This document shows, one piece after another, positions 54,301-63,975 of a DNA stretch of 64,000 nucleotides. The position numbers and the translations under genes are program-made. The DNA is taken from assembly GCA_018333535.1 (NCBI GenBank), contig JAGXTA010000071.1:99100-163099 (forward strand), read 5' to 3'. The notes beneath the pieces were generated by a model. That model saw nothing but the letters and a program-made list of their open reading frames with translations, was not told the DNA's origin and did not search any database. The stretch is from Deltaproteobacteria bacterium. GTDB lineage: Bacteria; Desulfobacterota; BSN033; UBA1163. Every line of letters begins with the position of its first letter. Position 1 is the stretch's first letter.

Positions 54301-54682
54301 TGCCCATGCCATCCTGAGATGGACCCAAAAGGAGAGAGGCTATCAAAAAGTGAAAAACCTTCTTATAGCTTGTCGTGATCAATCCGCGACGGGTTATATG
54401 AATCAAATCAATCTGGGGGAGGTTTATTACAAAACAATTCGTGCCGTAGGTATCGATAGGGCTAAAGAATTCTTAGAAAATTTCTTCCGTCTTCCCGTCC
54501 AGATCATCTTGCCTGACAGCGAACTGATCTGGAGCGCTTCCGAAATCAAGGCATCGTACTCGATTTCCTATGCCGATTGTTTTGCGGCTGCAACAGCCCT
54601 CCGATTGAAAGCAACCATCCTTACCGGTGATCCGGAGTTTAAGAAACTCGTCTCTCTCGTCCCCATAGAATGGCTTTCATAG
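54281..54682 (+). CDS. PIN-domain toxin
   Basis: 133 aa; MKIILFDAHAIL...; overlaps the antitoxin by 20 nt. Confidence 0.6.
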   Translation: MKIILFDAHAILRWTQKERGYQKVKNLLIACRDQSATGYMNQINLGEVYYKTIRAVGIDRAKEFLENFFRLPVQIILPDSELIWSASEIKASYSISYADCFAAATALRLKATILTGDPEFKKLVSLVPIEWLS

Positions 54683-55139
54683 GGTTAAGGGACTAAACCC
54701 GTAACATCTTTCCTCGTCCTTCCAACATTCTGATATTCCATTTATTCCGTTACAGAAGGGGGGGCGGGTGAGAAGGAAAGTTGACCCAAAAATTGAGTCA
54801 GCGGGAGCATCTGCTTCTCCTGGCTTCCTCATAGTCAAATATCAATAAGTCAAGCCTAAGGTCCTTTCTAAAAGACGTTGGGCAACAGGAATTGTAATGT
54901 CTGTTGGCCCTGGCCATCTTTAAATCCTTAATCAGAGCAATTTAGCCCAAAATCGTCACTCTAAGACCAAAATCAGCCACTTCTTTTCAGAATAAACTCA
55001 TGAGTTCAATCACTTGACTTGGTCCGACCTCAATCGTTTTATCCACTACACTCCACCGGTTTTACCCGGTGCTTTCAATACGTCCTCAAGTCTTCGTCCC
55101 CTACTTAGCCTGGTCCGACCCCACCGCCTACAATTTCCC

Positions 55140-55514
55140 TTATACCGCAATCTCCAGGGTAATCTTCGCATAATCGACATGCGGCGTAATCCTTTTTCTG
55201 TCCTTCTTTGTTGTTTCCAGGGTGACCAAACCAATTTCGGCAAGCAACTTTAGGTCCTCGTTGACATTTTTCAAATTCCTTCCAAGCATCTTTGACAGCT
55301 CATAAACAGATTTAGGCTTATTCTCTCGAATGGCCCTTAGAATCGCAAGCCGATTATTCGTGAGAACCGACCTCATGTCATCAATGGATTCAAAATAGAT
55401 TCCCTCCTCTTTCCTCACCTTCTTCCCGGATTCCACGCTCTTCCAAGTGTCAGCAAAGTCCCTAAGGCTATCCTTCAACCTCTTTATGCCAATATCGATT
55501 CTCTTTACTTTCAT
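55140..55514 (-). CDS. helix-turn-helix DNA-binding protein (putative antitoxin/regulator)
   Basis: 124 aa; ...RLAILRAIRENKPKSVYELSKMLGRNLKNVNEDLKLLAEIGLV... is a winged-HTH-like region. Confidence 0.45.
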   Translation of the reverse strand: MKVKRIDIGIKRLKDSLRDFADTWKSVESGKKVRKEEGIYFESIDDMRSVLTNNRLAILRAIRENKPKSVYELSKMLGRNLKNVNEDLKLLAEIGLVTLETTKKDRKRITPHVDYAKITLEIAV

Positions 55515-55798
55515 ATCTCCCCTCTCCGGACCTTCTCAACATCTCTGTAGAAATCCCTGATTAGCACATCCACCCCTCTGAAAAAATAAGGGTCTTCCTG
55601 ATTCCCATGATGTCGGTGGTGTCCCTTTTTTTCGGCATTATCGTACCCAATGATTCTTTTCCCTCCCTTAACATAGACCAGGGAATACCTGACCCCCTCC
55701 GGCCTGTCTTTAGATACCGGAACTTTCCACATTTTCATTTCGATGATATCCCCGTTCGGCTCAACATTCTTTCGATGAAAAATTAACTTCGCTTTCAT
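55511..55798 (-). CDS. small protein of unknown function, translationally coupled to the downstream HTH protein (putative toxin)
   Basis: 95 aa; overlaps the downstream gene by 4 nt. His-rich segment KKGHHRHHG. No confident family. Confidence 0.35.
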   Translation of the reverse strand: MKAKLIFHRKNVEPNGDIIEMKMWKVPVSKDRPEGVRYSLVYVKGGKRIIGYDNAEKKGHHRHHGNQEDPYFFRGVDVLIRDFYRDVEKVRRGEI

Positions 55799-56531
55799 AT
55801 ATTAGGTATATTATACCTTATATTGTCCGATTGTCAATCTCTTCCAGGTCTCTTGACCGGAACGTGCCCCGTCCCGCTATTGGCGGGATGCGCAGGGTCT
55901 TTGCCCGCCGGCAGGCAGGAAGGGGCACAATAATGGTATTACATTGCCGGGAAGCCCTGGCGTGCCTGCACCGTCCTAACGGGGTGGCCGGGGAGCTTCG
56001 TTAATTTGACTGCGTCCCAAAGCATCTGGCATGTCGATGAGTTGACTTAAAAATTGAGTCAGTGAATAGTGAATCGGAGGGCTGGAAAGGTTGCTTCGAT
56101 TCTTAAATTCTAAAAATGAGACAAGAGGTCGAATCTGACTTAATAATTAAGTCAACGGGTTTGTGGGTTAGGAAAGCTTAAGTCGATTTGCCTTCCGGTT
56201 TCTTAAATAACTAAACTACGTCCCTGGAAGCCCTCCTTCAAAACAATCCTCGATCAACTCGCAAAAGATCCCTCTCTGGACCCTTATAATCTGCTCTTTC
56301 CAAACGACACGTCTTGAGAATGCTGAAAGCGGAACACCGTTGGAAAACCAGAGATTCTTCTGATCTGCTTCCTTAGAATCAGAAACGATAGCGCTATACC
56401 TTATTCTTGGCTGAACCAAAGCCCCCCCGCTTCAGTGACGCATTACCTCTCCCACTTTTTTTCTCTTGACAGAAGTTTTTAAATTCTTTAAAATGTAGTC
56501 GTAATGACCAATAAAGGAGGTTATTCTGACC

Positions 56532-56798
56532 ATGAAAGAATGCTCTGTAGCGGAGGCCAAGAAGCATTTTTCAGAACTCCTGGGACGTGTGGCTTTCGGA
56601 GGCGAACACATCTTGATATCCAAAAGAGGGAAGCCTTTGGCAATGCTTGTGCCTTCAACCGGAGAGCCAACGGAAGATCACCTCTGCAAAGTGGAAGGCT
56701 GGTTGGAAAACGACGATTCTTTCTTCGAGATTATCGATCAAATCGTCCTTGACCGAGAGAAGCATACCTCTCGTATTTTACGGTCGCAGAGAGGCTAA
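56532..56798 (+). CDS. Phd/YefM-family antitoxin
   Basis: 88 aa; MKECSVAEAKKHFSELLGRVAFGGEHILISKRGKPLAMLVP. Confidence 0.7.
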   Translation: MKECSVAEAKKHFSELLGRVAFGGEHILISKRGKPLAMLVPSTGEPTEDHLCKVEGWLENDDSFFEIIDQIVLDREKHTSRILRSQRG

Positions 56799-56802
56799 TC
56801 CC

Positions 56803-57246
56803 ATGTACCTTATGGATACGAATATGCTTAGCGAAATCATTAAAAGGAACCCCAACAAGAGCTTCATGGACAGGCTAAAAACCGTCCCATCCGCAGCCCT
56901 CTTTACGTCAACGATTTGTGTTATGGAACTCAGATTTGGTGCGCTCAAACGAGGCAGTAGCCCTTCGCTTTGGCCAAGGATTGAGCAGAATATTCTCCCG
57001 AAAGTCCGCATCTTGAGCTTCACTTATAAAGAGGCGATTAAAGCAGGAGAGTTGATCTCGCATCTATATTCTTCCGGACAGCTCATTGGAATAGAGGATA
57101 TTATGATCGGGTCGATTGCGCTCTGCAATGGGTTGACTGTAGTCAGTGCAAATACCAGGCATTTTTCTCGTATCCCGGATCTAAAGATAGACGATTGGTC
57201 TCAATCAGTTTCTGTCCCATTAGGCACAAGGCGTCTACTCCTCTAA
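56803..57246 (+). CDS. PIN-domain toxin VapC
   Basis: ORF track 56647..57246; the likely start is MYLMDTNMLSEIIKRNP at 56803, 5 nt after the Phd stop. ...IGIEDIMIGSIALCNGLTVVSANTRHF is the VapC C-terminal pattern. Confidence 0.7.
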   Translation: MYLMDTNMLSEIIKRNPNKSFMDRLKTVPSAALFTSTICVMELRFGALKRGSSPSLWPRIEQNILPKVRILSFTYKEAIKAGELISHLYSSGQLIGIEDIMIGSIALCNGLTVVSANTRHFSRIPDLKIDDWSQSVSVPLGTRRLLL

Positions 57247-58275
57247 GGAGCTCGCCACTGAACACTCGACGCCCTGCTTCTTTCCCGAAGGTGCGGAAGT
57301 TTAGCTAAGTATCCTGCCGGATTTGAAATAGTCAAATAGTAAACAACGAGTGTCTTTCCCAATTCATGTGCTTAAGTTGCATTTGAACCAACATCCCCCC
57401 AATTTTTGCCTTAATCAAATATCAATCAATCAAGCCCGACCCCAAAGCCTCGTGGGGAGCCTATTTCACTGGGACCCAACGAATTCAATAAACCCAACAC
57501 TTATCACTTTACGTATTGCCTCCAACCTTTTACCTTGATCCTTTTTCCTTTTATCCTCGCTCCTTTATTTTTTTGTTGATTGTTGAGACCTGACCCTGAT
57601 CCCTGTTTTTAAGGACAAAAGATGAAATGCCAATAAAATAGACCTGACCCTGATCCCACTGAAAGGGATTCACACAAAGAGGATCGTGAAGCTATCGGCT
57701 AAAATGCTTCTGATTGCTTGGACCTTGATGAAGAAAAAGGAGGCGTTTGATCCCACTTATCTAAACGCCGAATAAAAACACTTATCATTTTCGACGAGAG
57801 AAGCCCGATCAACAACGTTGAGGCCATAAAAGGACCTCGTGCGGGACAATGCTGGGCCTCTCGCTGAGCTTTGGAATCTGGATAAAGGATGCTGGGTGGT
57901 CGCCAGGGTGTGACACACCGGATACTGATGGAGTTTACCCTGAGCCCGTCGAAGGGCTGAGATTCAGAGTTCGTCATGGGCGAGAGATTCGTCGAGTTAA
58001 AGACAGATCTGTAATAGGATTTAAAGGGAAGAGTGTTCCCAAAATGAGAACGGGTTTATAACTTGCTGTTTTTATAAGAGATAAAATTTTTTCGTTTACC
58101 CTCCCGTGGTCGGGTCTTACCCTCTTGACAGGATCAATATAGGATGTCCCCTCAATCACCGTCTGGATGACCCCCTAAACGGCCCCAAATCCATTTTTCA
58201 ACAATACCTTTCTTTTCCTTACCCTTTTTGCTATAATAATTATTAATTGTTAATCTAAGAGGAGGATTCTTCGAG

Positions 58276-58485
58276 ATGCCAAAATCATTAGAAAGTAGAT
58301 TGAATGATTTAATTCATGAGATTACAGAAATCAAGAAGCAAATTATTTTAGAAAAGTCCATTAAAGTTGAAGCGGCCCAAAACAAAATACTGGAATGGAA
58401 AGCCCTGGGGAAGAAAGTCTCATCAAATTGGGATGGCCTCTCAGCCGTCGAAGAAATCCGCCAGCAAAGGGAGAAGGTATGGTGA
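58276..58485 (+). CDS. small antitoxin-like protein (partner of a truncated PIN)
   Basis: 69 aa; upstream RBS AGGAGG. A degenerate copy lies at 40590-40740. Confidence 0.4.
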   Translation: MPKSLESRLNDLIHEITEIKKQIILEKSIKVEAAQNKILEWKALGKKVSSNWDGLSAVEEIRQQREKVW

Positions 58486-58610
58486 AAAGAATAACACTCG
58501 ACAGTTCTGTAATCGTTTCGTCGCTCTTAGAAAAGGAGCTTCGTCATAAGGAAGCTTTTGAAATATGGACAACCATATTATCCGGGAAATATTTTGCAAT
58601 CATGCCTTAA
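58479..58610 (+). pseudogene. truncated PIN-domain gene (N-terminal 43 codons only)
   Basis: MVKRITLDSSVIVSSLLEKELRHKEAFEIW... then stop. A PIN N-terminal motif without the remaining ~90 aa. Confidence 0.5.
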
Positions 58611-58735
58611 TCCTACTAAAATTTTTCTCCCTTTTCAAAAAATAGAACCGTCCCCTTTATTCAAAAGCCTATTGTTGATTTAATTGGTTAGTTATGGTAT
58701 GATTTATTCATACTAAATAGAGGAGGTGGAATCCC

Positions 58736-58972
58736 ATGTCAAAGGTTATAAAAAAGACCATATCCTTACCTTTTGAATTGGCGAAGGAAGCCGAGGAGAT
58801 AGCCCGTGAAGAAAGGAAAACACTAAGCGCTGTTATTCAAGAGGCTTTGAGGCTTGTAAGGAAGGAGAAACTAAAGAAGGAATTTTACCAAATTCAGGGT
58901 TACTGGAGTTCAAAGGCGAAAGAGAAAGGGATACTTACCGAAAAAGACCTGAAACGGTACCTTAACCCATGA
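58736..58972 (+). CDS. ribbon-helix-helix (CopG-like) antitoxin
   Basis: 78 aa; KKTISLPFELAKEAEEIAREERKTLSAVIQEALRL. Confidence 0.65.
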   Translation: MSKVIKKTISLPFELAKEAEEIAREERKTLSAVIQEALRLVRKEKLKKEFYQIQGYWSSKAKEKGILTEKDLKRYLNP

Positions 58973-59364
58973 GAGTGGTATTTGATACGAATATCTTTAT
59001 TTCGGCTTTCGTCATTCCAGGAAGTCAGGCGGAAAAAGCGATGTTGAAGATTATCGAGGGAGAGGATGTCTTGCTCCTCTCTAAGGGGATCCTTGATGAG
59101 CTTCTTTCTGTCCTTTCGATAAAGTTCAGTCGTGACAAAGAAGAGATCAGTCGTGTGGCAGTTATTCTTTCGGAGATAGCTGAATGGGTAGAGCCATCTG
59201 AAAGTATCAAGGCCCTAAGAGATGAGCCTGACAATAGAATCCTTGAATGTGCTGTGAGCGGGAATGCTGACATTATCGTTACTGGAGATAAAGAGATACT
59301 AAGGCTTGGGGAATACGAGAAAATAAAGATCATTAGCCTGAAAGAGTATCTGGAGAAATTATAA
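58969..59364 (+). CDS. PIN-domain toxin
   Basis: 131 aa; MRVVFDTNIFISAFV...NADIIVTGDKE; overlaps the antitoxin stop. Confidence 0.7.
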   Translation: MRVVFDTNIFISAFVIPGSQAEKAMLKIIEGEDVLLLSKGILDELLSVLSIKFSRDKEEISRVAVILSEIAEWVEPSESIKALRDEPDNRILECAVSGNADIIVTGDKEILRLGEYEKIKIISLKEYLEKL

Positions 59365-59615
59365 ATTGCGGCGCTCCCGTTAAAACAAAAAACCTATCAA
59401 CCTTCTTGTTTTTAATTTCTCCCCTCTCTACCGTCTTGGAATTTAAAAACTCATTGGAACATTCAGGGCTGTTTGTAATTGCATGATTGCAAGCCTGACC
59501 CCACATATTTTCGTGAGTACCGGCACCCTTTGTAGTACGGTAATGATCCCGTAGGATGATTTCTTATTGACGGACGAACACATTTCGTGCTACAGTGCTT
59601 AATCAGGAGGTGTCC

Positions 59616-59849
59616 ATGCAGGCGGTCAAAGTTCTACCGAAATGGCAGATAACGATTCCTAAGAGGGTCAGAGAAAAGCTGAAGATACGCGTCGGCGACA
59701 CCATTGTCGTGGAGGAAAGAGAAGGTGAAATCATCCTGAAAAAGGGTAAGACCATCTTCGACTATGCCCAAAGCCTGCCTGACCTGGGGATGACCGTCGA
59801 CGAGATTAGGGAAAAGGCGATTGCCGGGGTGACTCATGAACGGAAATAA
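59616..59849 (+). CDS. AbrB/MazE-family antitoxin
   Basis: Likely start MQAVKVLPKWQITIPKRVREKLKIRVGDTIVV (ORF track starts at 59595). Confidence 0.65.
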   Translation: MQAVKVLPKWQITIPKRVREKLKIRVGDTIVVEEREGEIILKKGKTIFDYAQSLPDLGMTVDEIREKAIAGVTHERK

Positions 59850-60252
59850 GGCCTTTATTGACACAAGCGCAATTCTGAGGTTCCTGGTAAAGGATGATCC
59901 AGCCAAAACCGCCGCTGTAGAAAAGCTCCTGAAACAATCGAAAGAGGGAAATCTGACCCTATACGTGCTACCGGTCACAATTCTGGAGATTGTCTGGGTG
60001 ACAGAAAAGGTATATCGCCTGAGCAGAAGGACCATCAGAGAGCTTGTTGAAGCCATCTTGAACACGCCCGGATTAAAATGCCCCCTGGAGTATGTGTTCC
60101 GACAGGCCCTCGCCACCTATGAGACACAAAATATCAAGTTTGCGGACGCGGTCATGGGCCATTGGGGTCTGGAGGAAGGCCTTACAATAGTCTACACTTA
60201 TGACGAGAAGGACTTCAAGAAAATATCAGGCTTGCAGGTCCGCAGGCCATAA
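59836..60252 (+). CDS. PIN-domain toxin VapC
   Basis: 138 aa; AFIDTSAILRFL...; overlaps the antitoxin by 14 nt. Confidence 0.7.
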   Translation: MNGNKAFIDTSAILRFLVKDDPAKTAAVEKLLKQSKEGNLTLYVLPVTILEIVWVTEKVYRLSRRTIRELVEAILNTPGLKCPLEYVFRQALATYETQNIKFADAVMGHWGLEEGLTIVYTYDEKDFKKISGLQVRRP

Positions 60253-60466
60253 ACATTCGATGGACTGTTGAAGCCCTTTATCACTCATCAACTTACACAC
60301 CTTAACGAATTTTAGTACATCCCCAAAGCCGTTATCCAAAAAGTAGCCTGTCCCCTTTTTCTACGGCAACAAAGGCTCATTCCCATATCGAACCGGGTGC
60401 ACATAAAAAAAGGCAGATGAGAAATTATCCCACCTGCCTTTTTTGTTTCGGATAGATTTATTGATC

Positions 60467-61426
60467 TTACTTTTTTATCCTCTTCCTAACAAAGTACCCA
60501 AGACCGATGAGGCCTGAGCCGAGAAGGAGAAGGGTTGAGGGTTCTGGAACTCCAGTAGGTGGAGCGGCTCCTGCCGGCAGATCGATGACTGCTACAACGC
60601 CGGAAAGGCAATCCGAAGTGACTCCCGTGGTAAGGTTGAGATTGTTCAGCCCAGGGCTTAGGAAACTCGTGATATCAAACCGTATAATGTCCCAGAGAAA
60701 CCCATTACTTGGTCCACCGAGTCCACCGGGGACAGACGCACCTTGGAATATCGGTCCTGTAGGTACAAGTGTCAGGCCGTTGAGGATGAGAGCGTTATCC
60801 GTAAAAGTCTGCCCATCGCCTACATGCATTTCAAGAAAGGCGTTACCGGATGTGTAATTGATCCCTGAGAGGGTGATGTTCCAACCAGGGGCATCGTATG
60901 CATTGTCAATGTTGGAGTCGTTACCGTTGAATATGACAATGTCGCGATTATTATTTGTGTCACCGTCTTGGAAAAAGGCCATGAGGGAGACACCGTTGAT
61001 ATCCACTATAGGCGGCCCAGGTTTATAGAAATTGCTAAGCGAGTAGATCCCGTTACCGAGAACCAGAGATGTCACATTCGCCCTGTATGCCTGGCTGCAG
61101 GTATAACCCCAGCAATTGTCATCGGAAATTCCGAGGGGTGTGCCGGTAATATTTGTGCCGTTGAATGTGACATTCTGATTGGCGGAGAGGGCTGTGTCGT
61201 TTGAGGGTCCGTGCCAATAGAGAAGAGCACTGTCAACCGGCCCGGAAACCCCGGCGAGGCTGATGGTCCCTGTCCCTAAACCCCGCATCCCGCCATAACC
61301 TGCGGAGGTATAGTCAGTTCCGAAAACTGTTTCGAACGGCACAAGGTCTGTTGCTCCGACTCCACCGGCAATTAGAGTCATACAGAGGCTAGCCATTCCA
61401 ATAAAAATTGACAAATTCCTTTTCAT
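60467..61426 (-). CDS. PEP-CTERM domain protein (exosortase substrate), Asn/Gly/Thr-rich
   Basis: 319 aa; signal peptide MKRNLSIFIGMASLCMTLIAGGVGA. C-terminal VPEPSTLLLLGSGLIGLGYFVRKRIKK is identical to the tail of 51278..52042. Confidence 0.8.
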   Translation of the reverse strand: MKRNLSIFIGMASLCMTLIAGGVGATDLVPFETVFGTDYTSAGYGGMRGLGTGTISLAGVSGPVDSALLYWHGPSNDTALSANQNVTFNGTNITGTPLGISDDNCWGYTCSQAYRANVTSLVLGNGIYSLSNFYKPGPPIVDINGVSLMAFFQDGDTNNNRDIVIFNGNDSNIDNAYDAPGWNITLSGINYTSGNAFLEMHVGDGQTFTDNALILNGLTLVPTGPIFQGASVPGGLGGPSNGFLWDIIRFDITSFLSPGLNNLNLTTGVTSDCLSGVVAVIDLPAGAAPPTGVPEPSTLLLLGSGLIGLGYFVRKRIKK

Positions 61427-61471
61427 AACTTTAGTCCTCCTTATGAATTTATTTTTCTTATAGGATTTTTA

Positions 61472-61640
61472 TTAATTTAAGGATCTAATTTTCCTTCTTA
61501 CTAAGAAACCCAGTCCAAGAAGCCCAGCTCCAAGGAGCAATAAGGTAGCCGGCTCGGGCGTGATGATGACAGATTGTTTATTTATAATATTCCTTTGAGC
61601 GTCATATTCATAGATTTGTTTAATTAATTTGCAACTAAGG
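61472..61640 (-). pseudogene. PEP-CTERM sorting-domain remnant (C-terminal fragment only)
   Basis: Minus-strand frame encodes ...QIYEYDAQRNIINKQSVIITPEPATLLLLGAGLLGLGFLVRRKIRSLN* with no start codon or signal peptide. Not in ORF track (<60 aa). Confidence 0.5.
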
Positions 61641-61974
61641 TGCCAATAAATATTAAATTAAGTAAGTTATTTTTGATCAGAACAACTCTATGAAATTATT
61701 GATATATATATATTTCTTAGGTTGAACGCTTTTGGTTTTTCTTTTTCAAGTTTTTTAAATAATTGTAAACTATTCTGACAATTCACAAGAGTGTTAAGTG
61801 TTGAGTGTTAAGTGTTGGGAAAAATAGTTTAAAAAACAATAAATTAGGGGCTACATAATCAAAAATTTAGAAAAATTGAAATTGCAAAGAATCCCGACAA
61901 TTCGCTAAGTGTTAAATGTTGGTGATATATTGTAAAATGCAGCCAAATGGAGGGAATTGGTGATGAATTTAATA

Positions 61975-63975
61975 CTATTTTGAGAGCTTCTTTAAGATTT
62001 CTGCAGCCTGATCAGCTCCCCTGAAACTTGTGGATATATTTAAAGAAGACTGCAACGCGTTTTTTGCGTCCTTTGGATTATTATTTTTATAATAGCCAAC
62101 ACCTAAGTGGTATAGAATAACCGGGTCTTGTGGAAGGAGGCTTGAAGCCTCCTTTAATTTCTCGATTCCTTTCTTTAACTCCCCCCGCTGGACATATACC
62201 CAACCAAGTGCATCTAATGAGAAGGGATTTTGGGGTGCAAGTTCTATGGCTTTTTGGGCCATCTTCAATGCCTCGTCATGGCTTTTAGGCTGGCCCGCAA
62301 GAATTAAGGCTAATCTCTGATACGCATCCGGAGACTTAATGTTTAGCTCGACTACCTTCCTGTAGGACTGAATTGCTTTTTCTTCATCTTTTGTTTGAAA
62401 ATAGACATCGCCAAGTGCCACATAGGCGGGGCCATAAGAGGGATTAATCTCGATGGCCTTATTAAAGGCTTTCAAGGCCTTTTCATTATCATTGATTTGA
62501 CTATAGGTCTGACCAAGAGCCAGGTGGGCAGAAAATAAATCAGGAGCAATAGTTACAATCTGATTAAAGCTATTTATAGCCTCCTGGGGGTTTTTCTGTG
62601 CTATTTTTGAAAGGCCCTTGTAATACCAGGCGAAAAGATCTTTTTCATATAATTTTGTGATGGCATCGCTTTTCTGGATGGCCTTATCATACCAGGTGTT
62701 TAAAAAGAAGATCATCATCAGATTACGGTCTTCTGCTAATTTTTTCCCTTCCTTTCCGGCTGGGAAAAAGCTGATGGCCTCTTGTTTTACGCCCGGCACC
62801 ATCTCTTTTCCAGATGCCATTCCCTTTTGATAGTTATTTTTATCTCCCTTGGCCATAAAAATATTGGCCATAAGGTAATGAACAAGATATGGAGATTCAC
62901 CTTGAGATAGAGTCAGTCGCAATCCTTGTAGCGCGCGGTCGTAGTTCCCCTTTATCTGCTCGATAATCGTCATGGGGACAAAACTCCTCCCACTTTTTGG
63001 ATCTATGGCAATCACCGTTTTGAACTGTTCGTCAGCCCTGTCTATCTCACCTAATGCGAGATAGCACATTCCAGCATCATGATGAATTCGGGGAAATCCG
63101 AAGCCGCTTTTTATATAGGTTTCAATATTGCCCAGGGCATCATCCCTCTTTCCCATATTCACCTGAGCCGCTGCCTTGATGTAATATCCCCCTGGAAATC
63201 TCTTGTAAATGCCCAGAAGTTTGTCAGATAGCTTGATGGCCTCCTCGTAAGAACCTTCTATCAGAAGCTCCAACCCTCTTCTTAGATAGAGTTCTTTTAC
63301 CCCGGGGGTGTAATAAGCAAATTCAACTAAGGCCTTGGACTCTTCCTCTTTTTGACCGGTTGATTTGTAGATCTCAATCAACTGCCTCCGGTAGATAAGA
63401 TTTTCTTGATCGTTCTCTATGGCTTTTTGGTAATAGGAAATTGCCTCCTTGGCGTTCTTTCTTAACCAAAAGACCTGGCCCAGACCGGCATAGGCAGGGG
63501 CAAATGAAGCATTTGAAGCGATAACGTCTTTGAAGGCCTTTTCTGCCTTACCGAGATTATTCTGTGCAAGGTTCAAGCTTCCGGAATAATAGATAGCTAC
63601 TGGATGGGAAGGCTCTTTTTTGAGAGCCAAACCCATATGTTTTTCTGCTTCCTTAAATTTCCCTTCTTGGGCTTTTAGCATGGCTTTAATAAGCTCTGCA
63701 TAAAAGTCCTTATCGTTTACCCCCTTTAATAAAGCCAATTCTCCCTCGGCCATCTTCTTTTGGCCTGTGAGAGCATAGATCGTCCCGAGAATGCCATGAG
63801 CCTTATGATTCTGTTTATCTCTTAAAATGACAAATTGCGCATATTGAATGGCCTCCTGCATTAAACCCTGCTTTAGTCTTGTTTCAGCTAAATTAAGACC
63901 TGCGGTGGTTGGGTCCGTCTGGGTAAAATCGATTTTACCAGGTTCATCTGAAAAAGGAGCCTGAGACTCAGACAT
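61975..63975 (-). CDS. tetratricopeptide-repeat protein
   Basis: 666 aa with TPR repeats along its whole length. Confidence 0.7.
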   Translation of the reverse strand: MSESQAPFSDEPGKIDFTQTDPTTAGLNLAETRLKQGLMQEAIQYAQFVILRDKQNHKAHGILGTIYALTGQKKMAEGELALLKGVNDKDFYAELIKAMLKAQEGKFKEAEKHMGLALKKEPSHPVAIYYSGSLNLAQNNLGKAEKAFKDVIASNASFAPAYAGLGQVFWLRKNAKEAISYYQKAIENDQENLIYRRQLIEIYKSTGQKEEESKALVEFAYYTPGVKELYLRRGLELLIEGSYEEAIKLSDKLLGIYKRFPGGYYIKAAAQVNMGKRDDALGNIETYIKSGFGFPRIHHDAGMCYLALGEIDRADEQFKTVIAIDPKSGRSFVPMTIIEQIKGNYDRALQGLRLTLSQGESPYLVHYLMANIFMAKGDKNNYQKGMASGKEMVPGVKQEAISFFPAGKEGKKLAEDRNLMMIFFLNTWYDKAIQKSDAITKLYEKDLFAWYYKGLSKIAQKNPQEAINSFNQIVTIAPDLFSAHLALGQTYSQINDNEKALKAFNKAIEINPSYGPAYVALGDVYFQTKDEEKAIQSYRKVVELNIKSPDAYQRLALILAGQPKSHDEALKMAQKAIELAPQNPFSLDALGWVYVQRGELKKGIEKLKEASSLLPQDPVILYHLGVGYYKNNNPKDAKNALQSSLNISTSFRGADQAAEILKKLSK

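Noticed and set aside
56216-56419. 67-aa minus-strand ORF between TA modules
   Set aside because: No RBS or domain. Lies in a repeat-rich spacer. Insufficient support.
39100-60300. Integron cassette array explanation for the serial TA modules
   Set aside because: No intI integrase, no attI, and the inter-cassette sequences lack the imperfect-palindrome attC structure with GTTRRRY core sites. Boundaries are marked by terminators and heterogeneous repeats instead.
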